This document shows, piece by piece, positions 48,439 to 58,235 of a stretch of DNA of 64,000 bases (positions are counted from its first letter, which is position 1; every line of letters starts with the position of its first letter). The notes below the pieces were generated by a model. That model saw only the letters and a list, made by a program, of their open reading frames with translations. It ran no database searches and was not told where the DNA came from. Both the position numbers and the translations under genes were made by a program. The stretch covers positions 186,001 to 250,000 of the IMG/VR virus record IMGVR_UViG_3300017963_000188, one strand, 5' to 3'.

Positions 48439-48702
48439 ATGGCACGTCGTTACAAAGGTATACTGTTTCCTGACACTTCTTTTGAGACTCCAGAGCATGG
48501 TATCCCAGGACAAGAAGGTAAGGCAAAGAAGAAGGCAAAGAAGCCTGCGGCAAAGCCTATTGAAGAAACCGAAACTCTCAGCTCTTCTGATTTGAGCAAG
48601 ATGAAGAAAGCTCAGGTAGAAGAAGAAGCAGAGAAGTTAGGGATTGACATAACTGATAAGACCAAAAAAGAATTGGTTGAAGAAATCTTGAATACCCAAT
48701 AA
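48439..48702 (+). CDS. Small protein with HeH/SAP/Rho-N-like helical motif
   Basis: LSKMKKAQVEEEAEKLGIDITDKTKKELVEEI. AGGAGG SD. Confidence 0.6.
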   Translation: MARRYKGILFPDTSFETPEHGIPGQEGKAKKKAKKPAAKPIEETETLSSSDLSKMKKAQVEEEAEKLGIDITDKTKKELVEEILNTQ

Positions 48703-49823
48703 TGTACTATTGGCTCACAAATGCAACCAAAAAGTTCCTAATTAGTGAACTTAGAGAGTCGTTCGCTGATCATCCGTATTTCTCTAAGATTCAGGTCCAA
48801 GATCGGTTTTCTTTCAAAGAACGTCCTCAATTTGCTTTGATTATAAAGGGATCTAGTGGTGATAGGATAGTGTTATCACCACAGAATTTTGTAGGTATGG
48901 TGCATAGTTATTGTATGCTTGCATCTATTGATGGACATAAAGGACAGTTCTTAGAATGGATACGAGAAGATACTCAGGCTCTATATGATAATGATAATGT
49001 GTTCCCTACCGAGCCTGGGATATATGTTCTTGAACTTCTTGATGTTGATGATGAGAAAGAAGGTGGTACTGTAATTGTGGATGTTTTCCGGTCTATATTT
49101 GATGAGAATCTCATAACATTTGAGACTGGGTTAGAAACTGAAGCCTATCTTGATAATGAACCTATCACAAAAAGTCTTCGTCTTCGAGTAGATAATAATG
49201 ATTATGTCTATATTTTAGAGGAAGGTGTTGATTATGACCAGGATGGTAATAAAATCACTTTTCTCAGTCCTTTTGTGGAGAAAACTACTATCCTAGCAGA
49301 TTACAAAGTTTTGACTGGGAGTAATGGTCCACATACTTTCAATTCTTTTGGTTCGAATAATTCTATACTTCCAGGAGTAGTTCTAGCTTTCGGACATAAA
49401 TTGCTAAAAGGTGACAAGTGTGCTGTAGTTATAACGGATCGTAGAGGGCCAGCATTCAATGAATATGGTGGTCATTATACAATGAGCTTTGACATAGATG
49501 CCATTGCAGTAAAGGATTCTGAACAAGCAGAGCAAGTAGCTGACGATGCTGTGATGACTTTTCTGAAGAAAAAATCTCAATTTGAGGATGTTGGCCTGAC
49601 AATGGTAGATGGTCCTTCTTTGGGTGGTGAGTCTGAAGAAGTCTATGATGAAGAAGGGGATGAATATTATTTCTCAAATAGTTTTTCTATATCTTTCCAA
49701 ACAGATTGGTCTTATTATGAGCCTCTGCCACTGCAAGTCTCTCAAGTAGTGGTTTCTACGGTCTATGAACAGATCGTCACGAGATCTGAAAGACGTGAGT
49801 TAGATATAGAAAAGTTTTTTTAA
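48702..49823 (+). CDS. Putative tail terminator/completion protein
   Basis: ERPQFALII...G, SFDIDAIA..DSEQAEQVAD, SISFQTDW. Upstream of the sheath gene. Confidence 0.45.
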   Translation: MYYWLTNATKKFLISELRESFADHPYFSKIQVQDRFSFKERPQFALIIKGSSGDRIVLSPQNFVGMVHSYCMLASIDGHKGQFLEWIREDTQALYDNDNVFPTEPGIYVLELLDVDDEKEGGTVIVDVFRSIFDENLITFETGLETEAYLDNEPITKSLRLRVDNNDYVYILEEGVDYDQDGNKITFLSPFVEKTTILADYKVLTGSNGPHTFNSFGSNNSILPGVVLAFGHKLLKGDKCAVVITDRRGPAFNEYGGHYTMSFDIDAIAVKDSEQAEQVADDAVMTFLKKKSQFEDVGLTMVDGPSLGGESEEVYDEEGDEYYFSNSFSISFQTDWSYYEPLPLQVSQVVVSTVYEQIVTRSERRELDIEKFF

Positions 49824-49878
49824 CCTTTTTATGTCATCTCTATTTGTAGATGATGGATTCGTAGCAGCGAGGGAAACC

Positions 49879-50295
49879 ATGCCAGTATATAAATATGAAT
49901 GTAGCGGATGTGGTCTAGAATTTGACCGGCTTGTGTCTAGTTCCGAGGGGAGTGAGAAGACTTCCTGTGTGAATTGTGAAGAAGAAGCCACTAAAATTGT
50001 GGCTAAGGCTAGTTTTAATTTTTCATCTTCTCGTGCCCAAGGTGAAACTGGGGTGCATGATATTGACTATCCTGTTGTGGATAAGGCAGTGGGTCGTTCT
50101 GCTGAGAAGAGATGGATCAAGTTTGAAGAGCGTCGTAAAGCTGAAGACCATGCTAGGAGCGATTATGATAGTCCCTATCTAGGCAAAGTGCCTATTGGGG
50201 ATCATACTGACGGATATTATCGAGTACCTCAAGAAAGACTTGAGGTACGTCGTGAAGCAGCCAAAGAATTACATGAGGCTTTGGTTGGAAATTAA
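49879..50295 (+). CDS. FmdB-family zinc-ribbon protein
   Basis: MPVYKYECSGCG..F..L.....CVNC...A.K. Start moved to 49879. Confidence 0.8.
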   Translation: MPVYKYECSGCGLEFDRLVSSSEGSEKTSCVNCEEEATKIVAKASFNFSSSRAQGETGVHDIDYPVVDKAVGRSAEKRWIKFEERRKAEDHARSDYDSPYLGKVPIGDHTDGYYRVPQERLEVRREAAKELHEALVGN

Positions 50296-50342
50296 TTATC
50301 TTTTATTAGAAAAGTTAGTTAGGCTTTTTTTAGGAGGATAAA

Positions 50343-53300
50343 ATGACACCATTAGGTATGGGACCTTTCGAGTCACACGTTTTCCCTGGGGTCTATACTA
50401 GAACTGTCCGTGAACGAGGTGGTGGACCTCCTGCGGGCATCAGACCCTTAGTAATCATAGGTGTAGGACAGGAATACCTTGAAGTAACCGATTTGGAACT
50501 GGTTCGAGGTTCGTCTGCTACTGTAGATCAGCGTATCGTCAATGAGGATGTGAGTGAAAGATTTGTTTTGGATGAAACAAATCCTGATAATCCTGTCCTT
50601 GGTGCTGCTGATGGGGTGCATTCTAAGTTCAAGGTACGTAACCTTCCTATCGTGACTGGAGAAGGTAGAGGTGAAACCTCTACTAGTCCTACCCATGTGG
50701 AGGTTACTGTAGACGGTACTCTAGTAGCAGTAGCTCAAGTGAATGGTACTAAGGGTGAGGTTACTCTTCAGTCCATTCCAGCAGAAGGATCTACAGTTCT
50801 TTGTACCTACTACTATAATCGCACCGATACTCAGGTCACTGAAGATGTGTCTGATCAGGTTAGTGAAGAATATGCCCTGTTGTATTCTAGCCCAGAGACA
50901 TTTGAAGTTACTGAAGGTATCAATGACACCTTCAAGTTGTCTGTGAATGGTGGTTCAGAGAAGACTGTCACTTTAACGGCAGGGGCTGGTAGAACAGCTC
51001 TTCAGATCATTGCTGATATCAATGCAGCTCAAGTAACAGGTCTGACAGTTTCAGTGGATCTTGATGAACAAGGTCAAAACAGAATCGAACTGAAAGCTGC
51101 TAGTGAGATTGAGATTGGAAATGGTAATGCTAATGCTCTCTTGGGATTTGCAGCAGGTCAGACTTCTGGGAGGAATAAATCTTTCAGAACATTCCAGAGA
51201 CCAATCGTAGATGGATCTAATGGTGGTATCACATCAACAGATCCTACCGATGTGACAGTGGCAGTTAATGGTACAGACCAAACTCCAGTGTCAATTGATG
51301 GTACGAATGGTTGGGTGACGTTATCAGTACCACCTCCAGTAGGAGCTACTGTTGCAGTCACATACTATTTCAATACATATCAAGATACTTTCGATTATCT
51401 ACCAAATGATGACATTACTGAAGTGGGTAATTGTGGGTATGCTCCAGGACGTAGGGATTACTTAAATCTTTCTGATTTTGTGGTCAGTGATGGGAAGATT
51501 TATTGGGGTACTTCTGTATCTGTTACAGGTGGTGACCGTTCTGCTGGAGCAGAGCCATTTGATGATACTCAGATTTCAACTCTGTTGATTGATAATCGTA
51601 TCTACATGGCTGAATGTGAACGATATGTTGATACATCAGTCACTCCTTCAGTGGTTTCTGATAATGAGTTTGTTCTTCCAATGCCTCCAACAACGGGCAA
51701 TGGTAGGAATTCTCCATTAGGTTCAAGTCTATATGAGACTGTTTCAGAAGGTCGTATTGATCTCCCTACAAATCGTCCCGATCTTGTCATTGCATATCGT
51801 GGACGTGATGTTGTAGATGCTCTCAATAATGGTCCTATAGATGTTCTAGAAGTTGACTCTTCTACTCGTAGAGTCAAGTTAGGTGGAACGGTACCTCCTG
51901 GGGACTTGGTATTCTGTACGTTCTGGTACAATCGTATCACAGATGACACTTTCACTCTTGAATGTCTGAATGAAGGTGTTTCAGGTACTGGTAAGTATAG
52001 TGTCTTGTCATCTTTGACAGGTACTAATCAGTATGCTGTTCTCTTTGCTGGGAAGAGTGGTGGGTTGGCTGAGACAGTTCAATGGCCTTCAGGTGTTGAG
52101 ACTGTACCAGATGCAATTCATGTTGGTGGTGACCCTGTTTTAGAGATTGTTACAGTTACGTTCCATGATTCTACTGGAACCCCTGCAATTTTCACAAACA
52201 CTGAACCTGGACCATATTCTTGCTACGATGGTGCTTCCGACTTGTTCTATTATAATGTAGACAATATTGGGATGACCAATGTAGACCTAAGCAATAGTGG
52301 TGCAGCTTCAATAGTAAGTGGTGCTTGTGGGACTACTATTGATTGTAGTGGTGGGAATAATCTCGTTGAATTTACAGTTGATGGTGTGTCGGTACCAGTT
52401 ACTCTCGGAACATCAGCTACTGAAGCAATTGCTGATATCGTGACAGCTATTAACTTAGCTTCAAATGGTACAGCTCTTAGTGCAGATATTGCTGAGACCA
52501 TTGGTACGGGGGCTCTTACCAGACTTCGGATCTTCTCCCCCACTGCTCCTACTGGTCCAGATGATGTTTCTACTGTAGTTGTAGAATCTGGCACCGCAAA
52601 CACACCTCTTCTTCTCACAGAAGGTGACGAGAGCACTGGTATTGAAGGTGCTGTGGCATTGCCAGCTACTTTACTCAGCTCTAATGCTGAAAGTTATGCT
52701 ATCACTGCTGGTGTGAACGATATTTTCCGTCTCACCATTGATGGTGTTCCTTATGAGGTCAGCCTCACAGCCGGTACTCGTACTGCTGCCCAGATTGCTA
52801 CAGACATCAATACGGAAACAGGTGCTTCCAATGCTGGATCTGTGACCGTAGGTGCTAGCAATTATCTCAGGCTTTATTCCAATATCTCTAGTCCAGATAG
52901 TAAGATCATCATTGGTGATGGTACTGCAAATACTACTCTTGGGTTCACTAGTAATCAGACTGGGGATCAAAGACTGCCTGGAGCTGAAGAAATTTCAGTG
53001 GTCTTGAATGATGATACTACATTTAAGACTCGGGCTAGAGCAAGCACCGTAACTCAAGCTGGTGTTGGAGTGTTCTTGAGGATTGAGTCTCTGACCATTG
53101 GTACTACATCATCTATCGCTTTTGGTACAGGTACTGACAGTGCCTTCAATGATACTGGACTTGGGATTGTACCAGGGACATCTGGAGATGTTGGTGAAGG
53201 TGCTGGATCTTACTTTGATGTGACTTCTTCACATTCAGAAGGTTCTGGTACTGGTACAAGCAACATTGGTTATCCGGGACAAACCTATACAGATGAGGTC

Positions 53301-54566
53301 ACGGGTCTTAGATTTACAGTTCTAGAATCTACAACAGGATCATATACTGATGGGGAATCTTTCGGGATGTCTGTAGTTGATGAGATCCCAACTAATGCAA
53401 ATACTCCTGTCAGGACTATCCCTGGTGTTGAAATGACAGTAGCAAATACTGTAAATGTCAGTGTTGGTGATACTTCTATTGTCCGTACTTTCGATAAGTC
53501 CGGTAATGAACCATCTATCGGTGACTTCTATTACATCAGTTATAGTTATACCAAAGATAGTTGGGACACAGAACTGTTCACTTCTGATGAGATGCCTGTC
53601 ATTAAGTCCCTATATGGTGAAGTCTCAGTCGAAAACAGATTGTCTCTGGCTGCCGACATTGCCTTCAAGAATGGTATCCCATATCTTGGCTTGAAGCAGG
53701 TTCCAAAGGTTGAAGATTCAAGTCAGGCTTCTGTATCTAGTTTCATTGAAGCTATCAAAGAACTTGAGCAGCCTCTCCCAGGGGATGTGAAGCCTTACGT
53801 TATCGTTCCATTGACGACAGAAGCTGAAGTTATTAGCTATCTTGAGCAGCATTGTGCTATCCAGTCCAGTCCACGATATGGTAACAGAAGGATTGGTTTC
53901 TTCGGCTTTGCAAGTGGTACTAAGCCTACAGATGCTCAGGCTACAGCTAAGGCTATTGGTTCTCATCGTATGAGGACAGTATATCCTGATTCAGCTATCG
54001 TTGGAATCGAGAACGAGATTGGGGAAGAGACTGAACAGATTGTTGATGGTACTTACTTGGCAGTAGCTCTGGCAGCTTCTTGTCTCAATCCTATCAATGA
54101 CTTTGCTCAGCCTTATACCAATAGGACTCTGCAAGGATTTAAACGTCTTGGTCGTCAGATCAATACTGTTGAACAGAGTCAGACAGCTATTTCAGGTATC
54201 AATGTTCTCCAGGATACTGCTACTGCAATTGAAGTTATGCAGGGCTTCACTACTGATATGTCTGATCTGCTCACTCAGATTCCGACCATTACTCAGATTG
54301 ATGACCAGATGCATGTCAACATGACTAAGCGTCTGAAGAAGTTTACTGGTGTGAAGTTCTTACCTTCACTTCCTGCTGAGGTTCAGTCTGAGGCCAATGG
54401 TGTGTTGAGAGCAATGAAGGAAGCTAATCTAATAGCAGATTATGAGCCTGCGGTTGCTACGGCACATCCTGATGATCCAACATTGATCTTGGTTGAAGCA
54501 TATTATGCTCCAATCTTCCCGAACCTCTACATTCTTGTGACACAGCATGTAAGGATTCGCATCTAA
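50343..54566 (+). CDS. Contractile tail sheath protein, unusually large (1407 aa)
   Basis: N-terminal FPGVYTRT, sheath C-domain (H...S......RIGF, VYPD, Y.AVALA, GINVL, TTD, VEAYYAPIFP), with many inserted beta domains. Confidence 0.88.
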   Translation: MTPLGMGPFESHVFPGVYTRTVRERGGGPPAGIRPLVIIGVGQEYLEVTDLELVRGSSATVDQRIVNEDVSERFVLDETNPDNPVLGAADGVHSKFKVRNLPIVTGEGRGETSTSPTHVEVTVDGTLVAVAQVNGTKGEVTLQSIPAEGSTVLCTYYYNRTDTQVTEDVSDQVSEEYALLYSSPETFEVTEGINDTFKLSVNGGSEKTVTLTAGAGRTALQIIADINAAQVTGLTVSVDLDEQGQNRIELKAASEIEIGNGNANALLGFAAGQTSGRNKSFRTFQRPIVDGSNGGITSTDPTDVTVAVNGTDQTPVSIDGTNGWVTLSVPPPVGATVAVTYYFNTYQDTFDYLPNDDITEVGNCGYAPGRRDYLNLSDFVVSDGKIYWGTSVSVTGGDRSAGAEPFDDTQISTLLIDNRIYMAECERYVDTSVTPSVVSDNEFVLPMPPTTGNGRNSPLGSSLYETVSEGRIDLPTNRPDLVIAYRGRDVVDALNNGPIDVLEVDSSTRRVKLGGTVPPGDLVFCTFWYNRITDDTFTLECLNEGVSGTGKYSVLSSLTGTNQYAVLFAGKSGGLAETVQWPSGVETVPDAIHVGGDPVLEIVTVTFHDSTGTPAIFTNTEPGPYSCYDGASDLFYYNVDNIGMTNVDLSNSGAASIVSGACGTTIDCSGGNNLVEFTVDGVSVPVTLGTSATEAIADIVTAINLASNGTALSADIAETIGTGALTRLRIFSPTAPTGPDDVSTVVVESGTANTPLLLTEGDESTGIEGAVALPATLLSSNAESYAITAGVNDIFRLTIDGVPYEVSLTAGTRTAAQIATDINTETGASNAGSVTVGASNYLRLYSNISSPDSKIIIGDGTANTTLGFTSNQTGDQRLPGAEEISVVLNDDTTFKTRARASTVTQAGVGVFLRIESLTIGTTSSIAFGTGTDSAFNDTGLGIVPGTSGDVGEGAGSYFDVTSSHSEGSGTGTSNIGYPGQTYTDEVTGLRFTVLESTTGSYTDGESFGMSVVDEIPTNANTPVRTIPGVEMTVANTVNVSVGDTSIVRTFDKSGNEPSIGDFYYISYSYTKDSWDTELFTSDEMPVIKSLYGEVSVENRLSLAADIAFKNGIPYLGLKQVPKVEDSSQASVSSFIEAIKELEQPLPGDVKPYVIVPLTTEAEVISYLEQHCAIQSSPRYGNRRIGFFGFASGTKPTDAQATAKAIGSHRMRTVYPDSAIVGIENEIGEETEQIVDGTYLAVALAASCLNPINDFAQPYTNRTLQGFKRLGRQINTVEQSQTAISGINVLQDTATAIEVMQGFTTDMSDLLTQIPTITQIDDQMHVNMTKRLKKFTGVKFLPSLPAEVQSEANGVLRAMKEANLIADYEPAVATAHPDDPTLILVEAYYAPIFPNLYILVTQHVRIRI

Positions 54567-54748
54567 TTTAGTCGATATTTATCCTTCATACGCTTTGTTC
54601 TGAAATCTTCAAAAATCTTCACTGTGCTCTGAGTCTTTTTAGACTCAGGCATTTGATCTAGAAGATAATTGATGTTTTTGATGGCTTTCTCTACATTCCC
54701 TCTTTTTAGGTAAGCCAATACTTCAATTAGGACTCTTGCTTCATCCAT
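54563..54748 (-). CDS. Small hypothetical protein
   Basis: AGGAGG SD on the minus strand. Convergent with the sheath gene. Confidence 0.5.
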   Translation of the reverse strand: MDEARVLIEVLAYLKRGNVEKAIKNINYLLDQMPESKKTQSTVKIFEDFRTKRMKDKYRLN

Positions 54749-54842
54749 GACAACACCTCCTAACCTTATATACTGGTTAATTTTCTATTTTTAAAGTAGG
54801 ATTATGAGATTAGCTATATCTCAATGATAAGGAGAGAAAATC

Positions 54843-55196
54843 ATGTCTGATGCAACTATTCAGAGTACCTTACAATATCCTCCAGAAAGTGGTGTAAGCC
54901 CAGTTCAAATACCCAAGTCTGTCACAATAAGTAGTTTCACTGAGAAAGTAGACTCTACCTATCTGTTGGATACTGGTGTTGGGCAAGACCTTGATTTGGG
55001 GTCTGTAGCTTCTGCAAAAGCTCTTTATATGAGTTCAGATCAGGATATTGTGGTTTATATCAATGGAGCAGTTACTGGATTCAACATTGTAGCAAATGGT
55101 TACTTCATTTTGGCTGGTGGGGCTTCTGATATCACTTCGATTTCTGTTGATGTTTCTGTGGACAATACTTCGATTCGACTTTGGGCCGTTGAATGA
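54843..55196 (+). CDS. Putative small virion protein
   Basis: AAGGAG SD, beta-rich, 117 aa. Confidence 0.55.
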   Translation: MSDATIQSTLQYPPESGVSPVQIPKSVTISSFTEKVDSTYLLDTGVGQDLDLGSVASAKALYMSSDQDIVVYINGAVTGFNIVANGYFILAGGASDITSISVDVSVDNTSIRLWAVE

Positions 55197-55468
55197 GATA
55201 TTCGATCCAAAAAGGTCAGATTCGAAACCAGGTTTTGAAGCAAATCAGTGTGTTGAAGGAATCTGTGTCTGTTTTAGAGGAAGCATCTGGTTTGAAATCA
55301 GATGAAATTAAAGAATATGAAGAGAATGATCCTGGGAAAGCTTCAAAGTTGAAGCGTCAAGTGAGGATTATCCAGGAAGCTATCAGTTCTATAAGAAAGT
55401 CTGTAAAAGTTCTAGAAAAGTATAGAAATACCAAAGTGACTTATCAATATCCTAACCCAAAGGAATGA
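55193..55468 (+). CDS. Hypothetical protein
   Basis: ATGA-coupled helical ORF. Confidence 0.5.
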   Translation: MRYSIQKGQIRNQVLKQISVLKESVSVLEEASGLKSDEIKEYEENDPGKASKLKRQVRIIQEAISSIRKSVKVLEKYRNTKVTYQYPNPKE

Positions 55469-55703
55469 TTTTCGAGGGAAGAATCACTTTACCTTCCGTG
55501 ACCCCATATCTTTGACGTAATGATTTCTTACGATCTCTTTGAGCTGCCCACCGATCCAGTTCTGATTTTGAGAACATATAAGGTTTTTCTGAGGGGTTGA
55601 CAGGGGAAATCTCTCTACGGCTTAGGCAGTTATAGAATGACTTTTTCTTCAATCCAAGATACTGACAAGCATCATCGGTGCAAAAATACTTTTCTTCCAT
55701 CAC
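55452..55703 (-). CDS. Excisionase/MerR-like HTH DNA-binding protein
   Basis: FCTDDACQYLGLKKKSFYN...I.P......YMFSKSELDRW. Confidence 0.75.
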   Translation of the reverse strand: MMEEKYFCTDDACQYLGLKKKSFYNCLSRREISPVNPSEKPYMFSKSELDRWAAQRDRKKSLRQRYGVTEGKVILPSKIIPLG

Positions 55704-56500
55704 ATAACCAGATTTTCTACGATTTCTTTGACAACCTTAACCTTTTGGTATCCGCTAAGGAATCTAATGAAATCTTTTGATAGCCCTACGAGTTGGAATT
55801 TTATTGAAGCTGGCTCTACAGGGCTTCCTAATTGTTCTCCAACTTCTTCAGCCAGTTCAGTTAGACTATACTGTTCAAGATAATATTTTCTGAACATATC
55901 GGCAAGAGGAAACTTTGAACGCTGAGTTTTGGAATCATCTTCAAGGAATTTCACGAAATCTTTGAAGATGATCTGCCACTCAAGGTCATTCATTTCTTGT
56001 TCAAATAATCGCATTGTAGATTCAGGTGACCCTTGAAGACGTTCTTCCAAAGTGTCTATAACATCAGTTCCTGCTGGGCCATAGTATTCTTGGCCTTTAT
56101 CTCTGATCCACTTCTTTTTCTTTAGAACAGATAATTCTTGAACCGTCTTATTTACTAGCAGTTTTGTGATATCTGTGACCGTCTTATCTTCATCTAGTTT
56201 TTCGAACCAGTTATTTCGAATCAAAAACTCAATCACATCTTCCATAGCATCATTTGCATCGGCAGGGTTTGGGAAGAAGCTTTTTACCTTGTTGAACATA
56301 TAGTTCTTGATCTTCAAGGCTTCAGCCTTGTCAATTGGTTTACCTATTTTCTCAAACATTTGCATGAGATATAGAACCCATGTCTCAGAGTAACTTGCGA
56401 TAACTCTTCGTAATACAACAATAAATTGTTCTGGGAAGCTGAGAGCAGAAAATACCTTTTTACGTAATGCTCTAAGCTGTCGGGTCGCTATGCGTGTCAT
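55700..56500 (-). CDS. Divergent sigma-factor-like protein
   Basis: Region-2-like DANDAMEDVIEFL and region-4-like MFRKYYLEQYSLTELAEEVG. AGGAG SD. Confidence 0.45.
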   Translation of the reverse strand: MTRIATRQLRALRKKVFSALSFPEQFIVVLRRVIASYSETWVLYLMQMFEKIGKPIDKAEALKIKNYMFNKVKSFFPNPADANDAMEDVIEFLIRNNWFEKLDEDKTVTDITKLLVNKTVQELSVLKKKKWIRDKGQEYYGPAGTDVIDTLEERLQGSPESTMRLFEQEMNDLEWQIIFKDFVKFLEDDSKTQRSKFPLADMFRKYYLEQYSLTELAEEVGEQLGSPVEPASIKFQLVGLSKDFIRFLSGYQKVKVVKEIVENLVM

Positions 56501-56644
56501 TTAGTTCTCCTGTCTCTATCAGTAGATAACTCTCACTAAGAAGATAAATAAAAAAATTATAGAAATTTTCACTATAAAAATTTAGAGAATTGTAGTATAG
56601 AACTATAGGGCATGGATAATCTATGCTCGTAACAGGAGGTGGCT

Positions 56645-58201
56645 ATGAACTTTAAATTCAATATTCCAGAGCTTGATGGCATTATAGAGGCTGTATATGA
56701 GTCTCTAGAAATGAATCGTCAAATCCTGGAGAATCAAAGGGTTGGTCTAGAGAATCAGAAGATTCTCCAGGAAAATCTGAAATCTGTGGCTAATGCTTTG
56801 GGTGGTTCTGGTGTTCGACCTGAACTTAAAGAGTTGCAGAGTGTCGAAACACCGGAGAGAAAACCAAAACCTAAGTCCAAACCAAAAGCCCTAAAGCCAA
56901 AGTCAGCATCTGCTGAGGTTTCATGTTCAGAACCTCAACATGACCATGACCATGACCATGACCATGATGAGGAACAATGTATTGTGCCAGACTGTTCAGA
57001 GCCTTTCTATTCAAAAGGTTTATGTATAAGGCACTACCAATCACATCGATTAGCCCAGAAAAAGAGCCCTGAGTCTGAGCAAAGGTGGCTCAAGAAGTAT
57101 AAGGTCACTTCTGAGGATATTGAGAAGGGTAAAGCTCGAAGGAAAAGGGGGTCACGTAAGTCTGCTGTGAAAACCCCAGCAAAGAATGAAGCTAAGAGTG
57201 CTGACACAGGAGGTCAAGAAAAAGGGGAGGGAAACTACCCAAAAGCACGTAGGGAGACATCTGAGGCAGCGGTGTCTCCCAGTGCAGATATCTGCCTCAT
57301 AAATGATTGTGGTAGGAAAGCTCATTCAAGAGGGCTTTGTTCAGCTCATTATCAGCAGTATCGAGAAGCTACAAAGAAAGGTGGGGAGTCAGAGTTCTTT
57401 GATGAGCATGACATTGAAGTTCTCCCAAGAGGGAAGAAAGGGAGGCGTACAAAAGAAGATGTAGATCCAACTCCCAATGTCGATATGAGTAGGGTTCTTG
57501 AAGATAAGAAATCTTACAAGGAGGTGAAAGAGCTGAAATTGACCTCTGTGTCCATTTCAGAGATCACTAAAGAGCTTGACTCAAGTTTGGATAGGAAGTT
57601 CCCTGAGCTTGAATACTGGGTCTGGAGGGACAGTTTAAATGGTGTTCGTAGTGATGGACGTGTTCTTCTAGATCTAGAAAAGAATAGCCTTCTCTTCTTT
57701 TCCAAAAAGGATATGGCTTGGGAAGGTCAAGTGTGGGAACGAGAACTCATCGTGAGTTTGGCTGATAAATTCCAGGTCAGGTATATCAGGATAGATGATG
57801 ATTTGAAGGTTCTGACCTCGAATTTCAGGAATTATTATGCTCTGCCAGAAGAATCTGATGGGAGGTTTTTACTGAGGGCAAAGCTTCGTATGGATCGTCC
57901 AGATGTGTTCTGGGAGGTAGGTGACTTGTTTTATATCCACAGCTTCAGGATCGATGGTTCCGTGATTGATGCTGTGTATGCATGGCTAGTGAAGCCTCCA
58001 TGCTTTGATGCCCCATCAGAGGATGATCCTTTGTGGGAAGAATGGAACAATGCTACTAAGAACATCTGTGCCTTTGCAGGAGCTGATAAGATTGAGAAGT
58101 GGTTCGAGCTTCTTTTCAACGGGGTAATTCCTGTTGGAGCACATGATAAGTTGCGGGAAATTAGTTCTTCCCAGATTGAATCGGCTCTAGAGAAAGATTG
58201 A
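56645..58201 (+). CDS. Protein with two CxxxxC...GLCxxHY zinc-finger modules and an HD repeat
   Basis: CIVPDCSEPFYSKGLCIRHY and CLINDCGRKAHSRGLCSAHY. AGGAGG SD before ATG 56645. Confidence 0.7.
   Translation: MNFKFNIPELDGIIEAVYESLEMNRQILENQRVGLENQKILQENLKSVANALGGSGVRPELKELQSVETPERKPKPKSKPKALKPKSASAEVSCSEPQHDHDHDHDHDEEQCIVPDCSEPFYSKGLCIRHYQSHRLAQKKSPESEQRWLKKYKVTSEDIEKGKARRKRGSRKSAVKTPAKNEAKSADTGGQEKGEGNYPKARRETSEAAVSPSADICLINDCGRKAHSRGLCSAHYQQYREATKKGGESEFFDEHDIEVLPRGKKGRRTKEDVDPTPNVDMSRVLEDKKSYKEVKELKLTSVSISEITKELDSSLDRKFPELEYWVWRDSLNGVRSDGRVLLDLEKNSLLFFSKKDMAWEGQVWERELIVSLADKFQVRYIRIDDDLKVLTSNFRNYYALPEESDGRFLLRAKLRMDRPDVFWEVGDLFYIHSFRIDGSVIDAVYAWLVKPPCFDAPSEDDPLWEEWNNATKNICAFAGADKIEKWFELLFNGVIPVGAHDKLREISSSQIESALEKD
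56939..56968 (+). repeat. CATGAC hexamer repeat, 5 copies (HDHDHDHDHD)
   Basis: CATGAC x4 followed by CATGAT. Confidence 0.95.
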
Positions 58202-58235
58202 TCTTCATCAATATCTTCGATATACTCTAGAAGTT

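Noticed and set aside
55452-55703. Prophage excision module
   Set aside because: Only an Xis-like HTH is present, with no integrase or att-like repeats visible in the window.
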